This document shows, one piece after another, positions 54,612 through 64,000 of a stretch of 64,000 bases of DNA (positions are counted from its first letter, which is position 1; each line of letters starts with the position of its first letter). The position numbers and the translations under genes were made by a program. Source of the DNA: a virus; IMG/VR virus record IMGVR_UViG_3300025645_000038, positions 32,001 through 96,000 of that record. The stretch is one strand, 5' to 3'. The notes beneath the pieces were generated by a model, which saw nothing but the letters and a program-made list of their open reading frames with translations, ran no database searches and had not been told where the DNA came from.

Positions 54612-57600
54612 GTGAAAATTTATAGTTCGGAAATATCAGGATCTCTTAAAGTTCGTGGTGATATATTTGCAGAAAACTATGTAGTAAAATCTACAGTATC
54701 AACGATTACCCAATCGTTTAGTAGTGGTTCTACTATATTTGGTGATAGTAACGATGATACTCATAGATTTACTGGTTCTTTATTCATAAGTGCTAGTAGG
54801 ATTGATTTAGATGATAGTAAAAATAATATAGCGATAGGTAAAAATTCAATTTCTGTAATAGGTGCTGGTCAAGGTGGTAATGTTGCAGTAGGCTACGAGT
54901 CTATGAAATCAGCAGGAACAGCTGCTAATAATAATGCTGAATTTAATACTGCTATAGGTTATGAAAGTTTAAAAGATGTTACTACTGGATATACCAATGT
55001 GGCAGTTGGTAAAGGTGCTGGTGAATCACTTACTACTGGACATAGTAATGTCGCTATAGGAACTGGAGCACTAGATGTTGCTACCGATGTTGATAATACA
55101 GTTATAATTGGGAAAAAAGCTGGTGAAGCAAATATGACATCAGCTGCAGACGGAACGATATCTATCGGATATTCAGCAGGTGCCGCGATTACTTCAGGTG
55201 CAAGTAATATTGCTATTGGGTATGAAGCCTTAAAAACGACTACAACTGGTTTAAGAAATATTGCAATCGGTTATGAGGCTATGCACGATACCGATGCTGG
55301 TTCGAGTTCATCTGATTCAGATAATAATATTTTTATAGGATACACTGCTGGTGGTGGAGCTTGGGCAGACGCTAAATCAGAAAATAATGTTGCTATTGGT
55401 AGTAATGTTATGCAAGGAGTTTTAAACGGAGCTAATAACAACACTGCATTAGGTTATTTTGCTCTCGCATCTATAACATCAGGTGATACTAATGTTGGAA
55501 TAGGCGCAGAAGCGGGTGGTACACTTACCGTAGGTATAAAAAATGTTATGATGGGATACCAAGCTGGAAATTTAGTAAATCATGCGAATGCAGATGAAAA
55601 TGTACTAATAGGATACGCCGCTGGTAAAGGTGGTACTGGAGAGATGAAACGATGTATTGTAATTGGTTCTCAGGCAATGGATTCAACTACAGACCAAGCT
55701 CAAACTGGTACAATAGCAATCGGTCATGCCGCTCTTTCTGCTCTTACTTCTGGAACTGGTAATACAGCAGTAGGATACAGTGCAGGAGGTGCAATAACCA
55801 ATTCGTCTCAAAATACTTTTTTAGGTTATGCTTCAGGAGATACTAACATTGGAGATCATAGTGTTGCAGTAGGCTATCATGCATTAAAAGGAGTATCAGG
55901 TAATGCAAATAGTTACAATACTGCTGTTGGTTCAAGAGCAATGGATTCTGTTACTACTGGTGGAAGTAATGTAGCAGTAGGATTTGATTCTTTAGGTGCA
56001 ATCACAACTGCTACTGGAAATACAGCAATCGGATATAACGCAGGAGATACAATCACAACAAGTGGTTATAATGCTCTAGTAGGTTATGAAGTAGGTCAGG
56101 CTTTAGCAGGTGGTAGTGGTCAAAATGTCGCTATCGGATACCAACCTCTGTATAATGGAACTAGTAATACTAGGGTTATCGCAATAGGTTCAAGAGCAGG
56201 ATATAATAGTACGGCAGACAATAATGTTTATATAGGCTATTCGGCAGGTAGAGAAAGTCGTGCAGGCGTTAGTCAAGTCTATATCGGTAACCAAGCTGGA
56301 TACTACGCAACTGGTTCATACAATACATTTGTAGGAGATGACGCTGGAAAAGGTGGAACAACATCTGCTCCGTTTAGTTCAGGTCAGTATAATACTGCTG
56401 TTGGAAGACAAGCTCTTGGTGGTTTTACAACTGGTGGAAGTAATACAGCAGTAGGGTATACTGCAGGAAACGCTGTAACAACAGGCACGGAAAATACTTT
56501 TCTTGGATTTCATGCTGGATACAACGCGACTGGTACTAATAGTTATGCTGTTCTTATAGGATCTTATGCTGGTTATCAAAATAATAATGGATCAGTCGTT
56601 TACATTGGTCGTTACGCTGGATATGCAGGAAGTGGTCATATAGGAGGTGGTAACATTGCAATAGGGTATCACGCACTATTCACTAATCGTTCAACCGATG
56701 AAGAAGGATGCAAATGGAATATTGCTATCGGAAGAGGTGCCATGAATAATGCAACTGATACTCTTGGTGCAGCTCATAGTAATGTTGCTATTGGATATAC
56801 TGCTCTAAAGAATATAGAAAGTGGAAGTCGTAATATAGCAATCGGTGGTCAACAAGGTGGTGGTGATGGTGGTACTGGTGAATTTCTAAAAAATGGTGAT
56901 TATAATGTTTTTGTTGGTTCTAAAGCAGGTCAAGGAATAGATTCTGGTAACATACATTCAGATAAAAATGTATTTTTAGGTGCTAGTGCAGGTGCTGGTC
57001 ATAACGGTGCAGAAGGTAATGTTGGTATTGGTTATTTGGCTTTAACATTTGCTAGAGGAGACTACTCCGTTGCTATTGGTAGGTCAGCTGGTGACCATGC
57101 AACTGGTTCTTATAATACTTTTGTAGGTGGTTACGCTGGACAAGGCGGAACAACTTCTGCTCCCTATAGTTCAGGTCAGAATAATGTTGCGGTTGGATAT
57201 CAAGCTCTTGACGGTTTTACAACTGGTTATTCTAATGTTGCAGTCGGTAGAATTGCATTGGGTGGAGTAGGCACTGGTTTTAGAAATGTTGGAATAGGTG
57301 ATGGTGCTGGGCAGAGTTTAACAACTGGTAATGAAAATGTAGCAGTTGGATATAATGCGTTAAAATTAGCAGGTACTACCAGTAATCAGGTAGCTATTGG
57401 GAAAAACGCATTACATTCAGTTCAAACTGGAACTGGTAATACTGGTCTTGGATATAATACATTGTACCAAAATTCAAGTGGAAATAATAATGTCGCTATC
57501 GGATACAATGCAGGATTTTTCGGTTCAGCTAAAACTGAAAATGTACTCATTGGACTTTACGCAGGATACAACGCTACTGGCTCTTTTAACACTTTTGTAG

Positions 57601-60600
57601 GTTCTCAAGCTGGAAAAGGTGGAACAACATCTGCTCCATATAGTTCAGGTCAGAATAATGTTGCTATGGGATACGAAGCTCTTAAATCTTTCACAACCGC
57701 ACAAAGAATGGTAGCAATCGGATACGAAGCTATGACGGATGTTAAAGATGGTCAAGATAGTGTTGCCATAGGATATCAAGCAGCCTACTACAACTCAAGT
57801 AGTTATAGTGTATCCATAGGTAAGGGTGCTGGAATGGTAATGGGTGGTGGTTATAATGTTTCCGTAGGATTTGGAGCTGGTGGTTCAGCATCCGATTCAA
57901 ATGTTGCTATCGGACAAAGAGCAATGGGATTACAGCCAGCTGCTAATGAGAATGTTGCTGTTGGTAGTGTCGCTGGTTCTAATTTAATTGGAGGTTTTAC
58001 AGCAATAGTTGGTGCTCAAGCTGGTAGACATGCAACTGGTTCTTATAACACATTTATGGGATATAAGGCTGGTTATGGTTCAATAACATCTGCTCCGTTT
58101 AGTTCAGGTGAAAATAATACTGCACTTGGATACAATGCTCTTAAAGCTTTCACGACTGCTGCTTCAAATACAGTAATCGGATATTCTGCTGGTAGTAGTA
58201 TAACAACCGGTGGTGCTAACATACTTATCGGCTCCCAAGCTGGTATGAACATAACAACAACCACGAGTAACGTAGTGATAGGTAATAATGCAGGTCAACA
58301 TCTTGGTGGTTCAAATGCTGATAATCATGCTAATAGAAACGTAATCATCGGTCACTCCGCTGCAAAAGGAAGTAGTCCATCTATAGCAAAAGGTCACTAT
58401 AGTGTTGTAATAGGTGACCAAGCTCAATATCATTTTAAAAGTGGTAGTCAAAATGTTTATATGGGATATCAGTCTAGTTACTACAATCAAAATGGAAACT
58501 ATAATGTTACCATTGGAAGTGGTGCTGGATCCAATGCAACTGGTTCTAGTAATACTTTTGTTGGATATAGGTCTGGTAAAGGTGGAAACTCATCTGCTCC
58601 ATATAGTTCAGGTGGAAATAATACTGCTTTTGGATATGAAACTCTTACTGCTTTCACGACTGGTGAGTCTAATGTAGCCGTTGGTAGAGAAGCAGGTCAT
58701 GACATCACTACAGGTACTGGCAACACTTTAGTCGGTAATGCTGCAGGTGATAAAATAACAACAGCTGAGTATAATACTGCTATTGGAGCTGGTGCACTTG
58801 GTTCACAAGCAGCAGATGCGGATGGAAACATCGCTATTGGTGATTTTGCTATGGGTGCTGTCAATAATGCAGCTTCTATAGAAAATGTAGTAGTCGGTGG
58901 ATATGCAGGAAGTGGTGGTACTGGTCAACTTATACGAACCGTTGCTATAGGTAAAAATGCTCTTAATTCTACAGGTACTGCAAATCTGACTGGTACAGTA
59001 GCAATAGGATACAACGCAGGAACGGCTATAAATCATGCTGCTGCTCTATCCTCAACTTTAGTTGGATATTTATGTGGTGATTCTATAACATCAGGAGCTG
59101 GTAACTCAGCTTTTGGTTACGAAGCATTAACTGCCCAATCTGTAAATGGTTGGAACGCTGCCTTTGGTAATTATTCTGCTCACGCACATACAGGAGCATA
59201 TAGTACTTTTCTAGGTACTAAAGCTGGTGAAAATTTAACTTCGGGTAATAATGCTATTCATATTGGATTCAACACAGCTGCTTCAGCCGTAGATGTTGAT
59301 AGTGAGTATGTAATTGGAGCTGGAACTTCATTCTCAGACGGATTGACTGGTGGTGGAACTGAAACAATAAGAATAGGTGTTTCTACGGATTACATAACAA
59401 ATGATTTTGGTGAGAATGCTACTTGGACACATTCATCAGATAGACGAGTTAAGAAAAACATTGAAGATAACGATTTAGGATTAGGGTTTATAGAAAAACT
59501 AAGAACACGAAAGTTTCAAAAGAAAGCACCTAGTGAATATCCTGAAGAGTTTGAACAACATAATTCAGATACTACGGAAAGAAAGAATCCAGATAGAATA
59601 CATTATGGTTTCGTTGCTCAAGAAGTTAAAGAAGCTATGGATTCAGTAGGACACTCAGAGTTTCCTGTTTGGAAGGAAAACAGAGATGGAATGCAAGAAC
59701 TTGGTGAAACAGAATTAATTACACCTCTTGTAAAAGCAGTTCAAGAACTTTCTTTAGAAAATAAAGAATTAAAAGACGAACTTAATGAGTTGAAGATACT
59801 TATTAAAAAGAAATTAGGAGACGAATAGGTGAAAATTGATAGCCCAACCTTTTTAAGTGAAACTACTTTTATAAGTGCTTCAGTTCAATTCTCAAGTGGT
59901 TCACAAAAATTTGGTAATACTACAGATGACCAACACCAGTTTACTGGCTCTCTTAAAATTGGTGGTACTTCATTTTTCAGAGATATTGGTTCTGCCCACC
60001 AAGTATACATAGATTCAGATACTGGTGGTGTAGCACAGATAGGAACTAACACATATACACCATTAAGTATACGAGCTAACGGAAACCAAGCTATATACAT
60101 CAGTCAAGGCGCTGTGGTTTCAATGGGTACTACAAACGTAGGTAATCTAACATCTACTGGTACTATAGTAAGCACTGGAGCTAATGCTTTAATAAGTGGT
60201 TCATCTACTTCAACTGGTTCTTTTGGTATGATTACAACACCAAGTGATATTGGTGGTAAACCAGCTGCAAGATTACATAAATTTGCATTCCTTAGAGCTT
60301 CAGATTCTGGAGATACTAGTACAAGTGGATATAATAGTAAATCAGGTAACACAATATTTGGATATGATGCCGCTTCTCAAATAGTTCAGAATAATGGAGC
60401 TGGACATTCCAATACCTACATCGGACATTATGCCGGGCATGGTAACGCGAGTGGAGATCATAATACTGCTATTGGGCATGTAGCAGGTCTTGGTGGAAGT
60501 GGTGATAATAATACTTCTGTAGGATCTTATGCTGGGTATAATATAACCTCTGGTGGAAATTTAGTTTTAATAGGTAGGAGCGCTGGTGTAAGCATTACCG

Positions 60601-63600
60601 AAATGAGTGATACCGTGGTAATCGGATATAATGCTGGCGATGCTCTAACGACTGGAGTTGGAAGAAATGTTGCTATCGGTTCTGGTGCTATGAGTGCTAT
60701 GACAACTGAAACTCAAAATGTTGCTATCGGTTCTTCTGCTCTTGGTACTGCTACTGTTGCAAGTAATGTTATCGCTATCGGACATAGAGCCGCTGTTGCC
60801 CTAAGTCATGGTGATAGTAGTGGTACGATTGCTATAGGAGCTTTAGCATTAGAAGGTGCTACCGGAGCTCATAGTGGAAATATCGCTATCGGTTACAGAG
60901 CAATCAACAATGCGACTACTAATGTTGCTGGAGCGGTTGCTCTTGGATATGAGGCTCTATACTCCAATACAGATAATACTGGTAATATCGCTATCGGTTT
61001 CTATGCTATGAGAGATGGTGCTGGTGGTTCAAGTAGAGATTATAATATTGCTATAGGTAGAGAAGCGATGAGGAATGCAAATGCACATGTTTCTGTTGCT
61101 ATTGGATATACCGCTGGTAAGTTTATTAAAGATGGTGGTACTGGTGTTACCGTAGTCGGACATGAAGCTGGAAATTATGCGAGTGGTAGTGCAAATACAT
61201 TTATGGGATACCAAGCTGGTCAAGGCGGAACAACATCTGCTCCATATAGTACAGGTACAAATAATGTTGCTCTTGGATATGGAGCTCTTACAGCTTTCAC
61301 TACTGGAGATGAGAACGTTGCTCTAGGATACGAAGCTGGAAGCAATATGACAACAGGTAATAGGAACATAGCAATAGGTTATCAAGCAAAAGCTGGTACT
61401 GTTGGATCTGATAATATAGTTGTTGGTAAAGTTGCAGGAGTTGGATTTTCAAGTGGATATAAAAATATCGTAATGGGAAATCAAGCTGCAGCTGGTCATA
61501 ACGGAATTGAAAATGTAGTTATTGGTCATCAAGCAATGGGTGGTGGTTCTACAGGCGTAGATAAAACAATTATCATAGGATATCAAGCTGCTTACAATAT
61601 TAATTCAGCAGACGCAGACGGAACAATTGCTATTGGATATACAGCAGGTGGAAGTATTACTTCAGGTGCTAAAAACACAGTTGTGGGATACCAAGCTGGT
61701 AATAAAATAACCGATAGTGATAATATTACTTATATAGGTTATGGAGCTGGTTATTATGCAACTGGAGCACACAATACTGCTGTAGGTACTGAAGCCTATT
61801 TAGGTGTAGATGGAAGTACAACTGGTACTGATAACTCTATATTTGGGTATTATGCTGGGCGTGATTTAACTACTGGACATAGTAATGTTTTAATGGGTAG
61901 AGATGCTGGTCAAAATTTAACGAGTGGTTATCAAAATATTATCATTGGACCTGATGCTGGAGAAACTGCTACCAACTTACAGAACGCAATTCTTATAGGT
62001 AAAAGAGCTGGTCAAGATATAAATAGCGGTGTTCATGGCACTATTGCAATAGGTACAGATGCTCTTACTTCGCTCACTTCAGGTGCAAGTAATCTTGCTA
62101 TCGGTTATGAAGCTATGAAAGTTCACACAACTGGTGGTAACAATATCGCTATCGGTTATCAAGCTATGGATGATAATGATGCTGGTTCAAATTCTTTAGC
62201 TTCACAACACAATATCTTTATTGGAAATGCAGCAGGTGGTGGAACTTGGACAAATGTGGCTTCGAGTTACAATGTTGGTATTGGTAACAATGTTATGGAT
62301 GCAGCTATGGCTGAAGCGTGGTATAATACAGCACTCGGAAATCAATCCCTAAGTGCTCTAACATCAGGTGATTACAATGTAGGGCTTGGATACCTTGCTC
62401 TAAATGCTGTCACCACTGGTGAAAGTAATGTTGCTGTTGGAAAAAATGCAGGAGCTGGACTAACAACGGGTATTCGTAATGTCGTAATTGGAGATGGGGC
62501 TCTCGATACAGCTGCTACTGCAGATGTTGATTATAATGTCACAATAGGATATGATGCTGGTTTGGGTATAACAAGTGATGCAAATGTTACTATTGGTGCT
62601 TTTGCTGGACAATATATTAAAGGTGGTAGTTCTGTTCATATTGGATATGAAACTGGTAAATTTGCTAGTGGTAGTTCAAATACATTTGTAGGACTAAAAG
62701 CTGGAAAAGGTGGAACAACATCTGCTCCTTATAGTTCAGGTACAGGTAATACTTTTCTCGGATACCAGACAGGAAAAGATTTTACAACTGGTTATAACAA
62801 TGTTGGTGTCGGTTATCTTACTCTTCACAATATCACGACAGGATATGAAAATAATTTTATAGGTAACCAATCAGGTCATGTAATCACAACTGGTTATTAC
62901 AACGAAGGAATCGGACATAAAGCTTTAAACTCACTCACAACAGGAATTGGTAATATCGGTATAGGTGCTTTTGCTGGGGCTCACGGAGCTAGAAACTATA
63001 GTATCTTTATGGGATACCAAGCTGGTTACTACGATGGTGGTGGTGGTATGGTAGTTTTAGGACAACAAGCTGGTCAGTATACTGCTGGTGGTAATAGTAT
63101 ATTATTAGGTAAGGAAACTGGTAGATATGTAAGTGGTAGTAACAATGTTATGTTAGGATATAATGCTGGAAAAGGTAACTCAGTTCAGGCAACTACAGCC
63201 ACAATGACAAATGTTTATAGCAATGTGGGAGTAGGTTCTTATACTCTTTTGCAACTAGGTGCAGGAATGAATAATAGTGTAGCTGTTGGTAGTGCAGCTG
63301 GTCAGAATACAACTGGTTCTTACAATACTTTCGTGGGTGGAGAAGCTGGAAAAGGTGGAACAACATCTGCTCCGTTTAGTTCAGGTCAGTATAATACTGC
63401 TGTTGGATACAGAGCTCTTGAAGAGTTCACAACTGGTGGATATAATTCTATACTAGGTCAAGAAGCAGGTGAAAAAATTACAACAGGTGAATCTAATAAT
63501 TTATTTGGTTATCGTGCAGGAAGACATATAACAACTGGAAATTCTAATATAGTAATTGGAACTGAAGCTCTAAGAGATGAAAATGTATCTTCAGTCGTTG

Positions 63601-63850
63601 CAATAGGTTCAAGAGCTGGATTATATAATTCAGGTAATGATAATGTTTATTTAGGTGATACCGCTGGAAGAAATTCTGGTGCTGGAGCAGACCAAGTTAT
63701 TATTGGTCATGATGCTGGTTACTACGCTACTCATGATGATGTTGTAATAATCGGTGAGTCCGCTGGATATTACGCAACTGGTTCTGGTAACACATTCATA
63801 GGAAAAGAAGCTGGAAAAGGTGGAACAACTTCTGCTCCTTACAGTTCAGG
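50415..63850 (+). repeat. Thirteen dispersed GKGGTTSAP(F/Y)SSG module repeats across three fibre genes
   Basis: Cores at about 50415, 50784, 52248, 53061, 56346, 57138, 57612, 58071, 58575, 61218, 62703, 63348 and 63813; DNA core GGTGGAACAACWTCTGCTCCNTWTAGTTCAGGT. Confidence 0.9.
54612..59828 (+). CDS. Fibre protein, paralogue of 48555..54611, with an S74-like chaperone
   Basis: Same architecture; GTG start 8 nt after AGGAG; HSSDRRVKKNI. Confidence 0.88.
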   Translation: MKIYSSEISGSLKVRGDIFAENYVVKSTVSTITQSFSSGSTIFGDSNDDTHRFTGSLFISASRIDLDDSKNNIAIGKNSISVIGAGQGGNVAVGYESMKSAGTAANNNAEFNTAIGYESLKDVTTGYTNVAVGKGAGESLTTGHSNVAIGTGALDVATDVDNTVIIGKKAGEANMTSAADGTISIGYSAGAAITSGASNIAIGYEALKTTTTGLRNIAIGYEAMHDTDAGSSSSDSDNNIFIGYTAGGGAWADAKSENNVAIGSNVMQGVLNGANNNTALGYFALASITSGDTNVGIGAEAGGTLTVGIKNVMMGYQAGNLVNHANADENVLIGYAAGKGGTGEMKRCIVIGSQAMDSTTDQAQTGTIAIGHAALSALTSGTGNTAVGYSAGGAITNSSQNTFLGYASGDTNIGDHSVAVGYHALKGVSGNANSYNTAVGSRAMDSVTTGGSNVAVGFDSLGAITTATGNTAIGYNAGDTITTSGYNALVGYEVGQALAGGSGQNVAIGYQPLYNGTSNTRVIAIGSRAGYNSTADNNVYIGYSAGRESRAGVSQVYIGNQAGYYATGSYNTFVGDDAGKGGTTSAPFSSGQYNTAVGRQALGGFTTGGSNTAVGYTAGNAVTTGTENTFLGFHAGYNATGTNSYAVLIGSYAGYQNNNGSVVYIGRYAGYAGSGHIGGGNIAIGYHALFTNRSTDEEGCKWNIAIGRGAMNNATDTLGAAHSNVAIGYTALKNIESGSRNIAIGGQQGGGDGGTGEFLKNGDYNVFVGSKAGQGIDSGNIHSDKNVFLGASAGAGHNGAEGNVGIGYLALTFARGDYSVAIGRSAGDHATGSYNTFVGGYAGQGGTTSAPYSSGQNNVAVGYQALDGFTTGYSNVAVGRIALGGVGTGFRNVGIGDGAGQSLTTGNENVAVGYNALKLAGTTSNQVAIGKNALHSVQTGTGNTGLGYNTLYQNSSGNNNVAIGYNAGFFGSAKTENVLIGLYAGYNATGSFNTFVGSQAGKGGTTSAPYSSGQNNVAMGYEALKSFTTAQRMVAIGYEAMTDVKDGQDSVAIGYQAAYYNSSSYSVSIGKGAGMVMGGGYNVSVGFGAGGSASDSNVAIGQRAMGLQPAANENVAVGSVAGSNLIGGFTAIVGAQAGRHATGSYNTFMGYKAGYGSITSAPFSSGENNTALGYNALKAFTTAASNTVIGYSAGSSITTGGANILIGSQAGMNITTTTSNVVIGNNAGQHLGGSNADNHANRNVIIGHSAAKGSSPSIAKGHYSVVIGDQAQYHFKSGSQNVYMGYQSSYYNQNGNYNVTIGSGAGSNATGSSNTFVGYRSGKGGNSSAPYSSGGNNTAFGYETLTAFTTGESNVAVGREAGHDITTGTGNTLVGNAAGDKITTAEYNTAIGAGALGSQAADADGNIAIGDFAMGAVNNAASIENVVVGGYAGSGGTGQLIRTVAIGKNALNSTGTANLTGTVAIGYNAGTAINHAAALSSTLVGYLCGDSITSGAGNSAFGYEALTAQSVNGWNAAFGNYSAHAHTGAYSTFLGTKAGENLTSGNNAIHIGFNTAASAVDVDSEYVIGAGTSFSDGLTGGGTETIRIGVSTDYITNDFGENATWTHSSDRRVKKNIEDNDLGLGFIEKLRTRKFQKKAPSEYPEEFEQHNSDTTERKNPDRIHYGFVAQEVKEAMDSVGHSEFPVWKENRDGMQELGETELITPLVKAVQELSLENKELKDELNELKILIKKKLGDE

Positions 63851-64000
63851 TGAAAAGAATGTGGCTGTTGGATATAATGCTCTTACTGGTTTCACAACTG
63901 GAGAAAGAGTAGTAGCAGTAGGCTACAACGCAGGTGCTTCATTAACCACAGGTGGTCAAAGTGTCTTTATCGGATACAATGCAGGTGATGGTACTACCAA
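59829..64000 (+). CDS. Third paralogous fibre protein, 3'-truncated by the window (absent from the ORF track)
   Basis: GTG at 59829 after AGGAG reads MKIDSPTFLSETTFISASVQFSSGSQKFGNTTDDQHQFTGSL. NxAIGY repeats and GGTTSAP modules continue in the same frame to the window end. Confidence 0.88.
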   Translation, partial: MKIDSPTFLSETTFISASVQFSSGSQKFGNTTDDQHQFTGSLKIGGTSFFRDIGSAHQVYIDSDTGGVAQIGTNTYTPLSIRANGNQAIYISQGAVVSMGTTNVGNLTSTGTIVSTGANALISGSSTSTGSFGMITTPSDIGGKPAARLHKFAFLRASDSGDTSTSGYNSKSGNTIFGYDAASQIVQNNGAGHSNTYIGHYAGHGNASGDHNTAIGHVAGLGGSGDNNTSVGSYAGYNITSGGNLVLIGRSAGVSITEMSDTVVIGYNAGDALTTGVGRNVAIGSGAMSAMTTETQNVAIGSSALGTATVASNVIAIGHRAAVALSHGDSSGTIAIGALALEGATGAHSGNIAIGYRAINNATTNVAGAVALGYEALYSNTDNTGNIAIGFYAMRDGAGGSSRDYNIAIGREAMRNANAHVSVAIGYTAGKFIKDGGTGVTVVGHEAGNYASGSANTFMGYQAGQGGTTSAPYSTGTNNVALGYGALTAFTTGDENVALGYEAGSNMTTGNRNIAIGYQAKAGTVGSDNIVVGKVAGVGFSSGYKNIVMGNQAAAGHNGIENVVIGHQAMGGGSTGVDKTIIIGYQAAYNINSADADGTIAIGYTAGGSITSGAKNTVVGYQAGNKITDSDNITYIGYGAGYYATGAHNTAVGTEAYLGVDGSTTGTDNSIFGYYAGRDLTTGHSNVLMGRDAGQNLTSGYQNIIIGPDAGETATNLQNAILIGKRAGQDINSGVHGTIAIGTDALTSLTSGASNLAIGYEAMKVHTTGGNNIAIGYQAMDDNDAGSNSLASQHNIFIGNAAGGGTWTNVASSYNVGIGNNVMDAAMAEAWYNTALGNQSLSALTSGDYNVGLGYLALNAVTTGESNVAVGKNAGAGLTTGIRNVVIGDGALDTAATADVDYNVTIGYDAGLGITSDANVTIGAFAGQYIKGGSSVHIGYETGKFASGSSNTFVGLKAGKGGTTSAPYSSGTGNTFLGYQTGKDFTTGYNNVGVGYLTLHNITTGYENNFIGNQSGHVITTGYYNEGIGHKALNSLTTGIGNIGIGAFAGAHGARNYSIFMGYQAGYYDGGGGMVVLGQQAGQYTAGGNSILLGKETGRYVSGSNNVMLGYNAGKGNSVQATTATMTNVYSNVGVGSYTLLQLGAGMNNSVAVGSAAGQNTTGSYNTFVGGEAGKGGTTSAPFSSGQYNTAVGYRALEEFTTGGYNSILGQEAGEKITTGESNNLFGYRAGRHITTGNSNIVIGTEALRDENVSSVVAIGSRAGLYNSGNDNVYLGDTAGRNSGAGADQVIIGHDAGYYATHDDVVIIGESAGYYATGSGNTFIGKEAGKGGTTSAPYSSGEKNVAVGYNALTGFTTGERVVAVGYNAGASLTTGGQSVFIGYNAGDGTT

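Noticed and set aside
54609-54614. Stop-codon reassignment (TAG read as an amino acid)
   Set aside because: Conserved genes translate intact in the standard code, TAG ends genes at sensible places (7620, 25305, 31247), and SD sites precede the downstream GTG starts.
54130-59760. Diversity-generating retroelement template/variable repeat pair
   Set aside because: Both copies are coding, mismatches are mostly synonymous and not adenine-specific, and no reverse transcriptase is in the window.
1-64000. tRNA/rRNA genes, integrase or transposase
   Set aside because: The few gaps long enough for a tRNA show no cloverleaf or T-loop motif, and no recombinase or transposase motifs were recognised.

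Overview
A 64-kb, AT-rich piece of a large tailed-phage genome with a T4-like head module; almost all genes are on the + strand. Order: two paralogous baseplate/tail-collar-like genes, an HExxH peptidase, a repeat-rich gap, a replication/recombination block (Holliday-resolvase-like nuclease, primase, single-chain Mre11-Rad50) and a divergent ribbon-helix-helix gene. Next come a 4583-aa repetitive fibre-like protein, a 1214-aa kinase/nucleotidyltransferase/ligase-like protein, terminase, portal, several putative head-internal proteins, prohead protease, ribosomal protein bS21, scaffold and major capsid protein. The window ends with neck/tail-completion genes and about 22 kb of fibre genes; the last one (59829 onward) runs off the window and is missing from the ORF track. 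Most notable signals: (1) a 36-bp repeat, conserved even at synonymous sites, splits one fibre gene into 11 unrelated in-frame cassettes, and a second module repeat recurs across three fibre paralogues; (2) several proteins carry capsid-targeting-like N-termini and x-x-E linkers, suggesting head-packaged, protease-released enzymes; (3) three amicyanin-type H...CxxHxxM domains sit in virion proteins; (4) an ATATTTATW element occurs in nearly every sizeable intergenic gap; (5) phage bS21 lies among genes with strong Shine-Dalgarno sites. All calls come from reading motifs by eye; no database searches were run and the host cannot be determined from this window.
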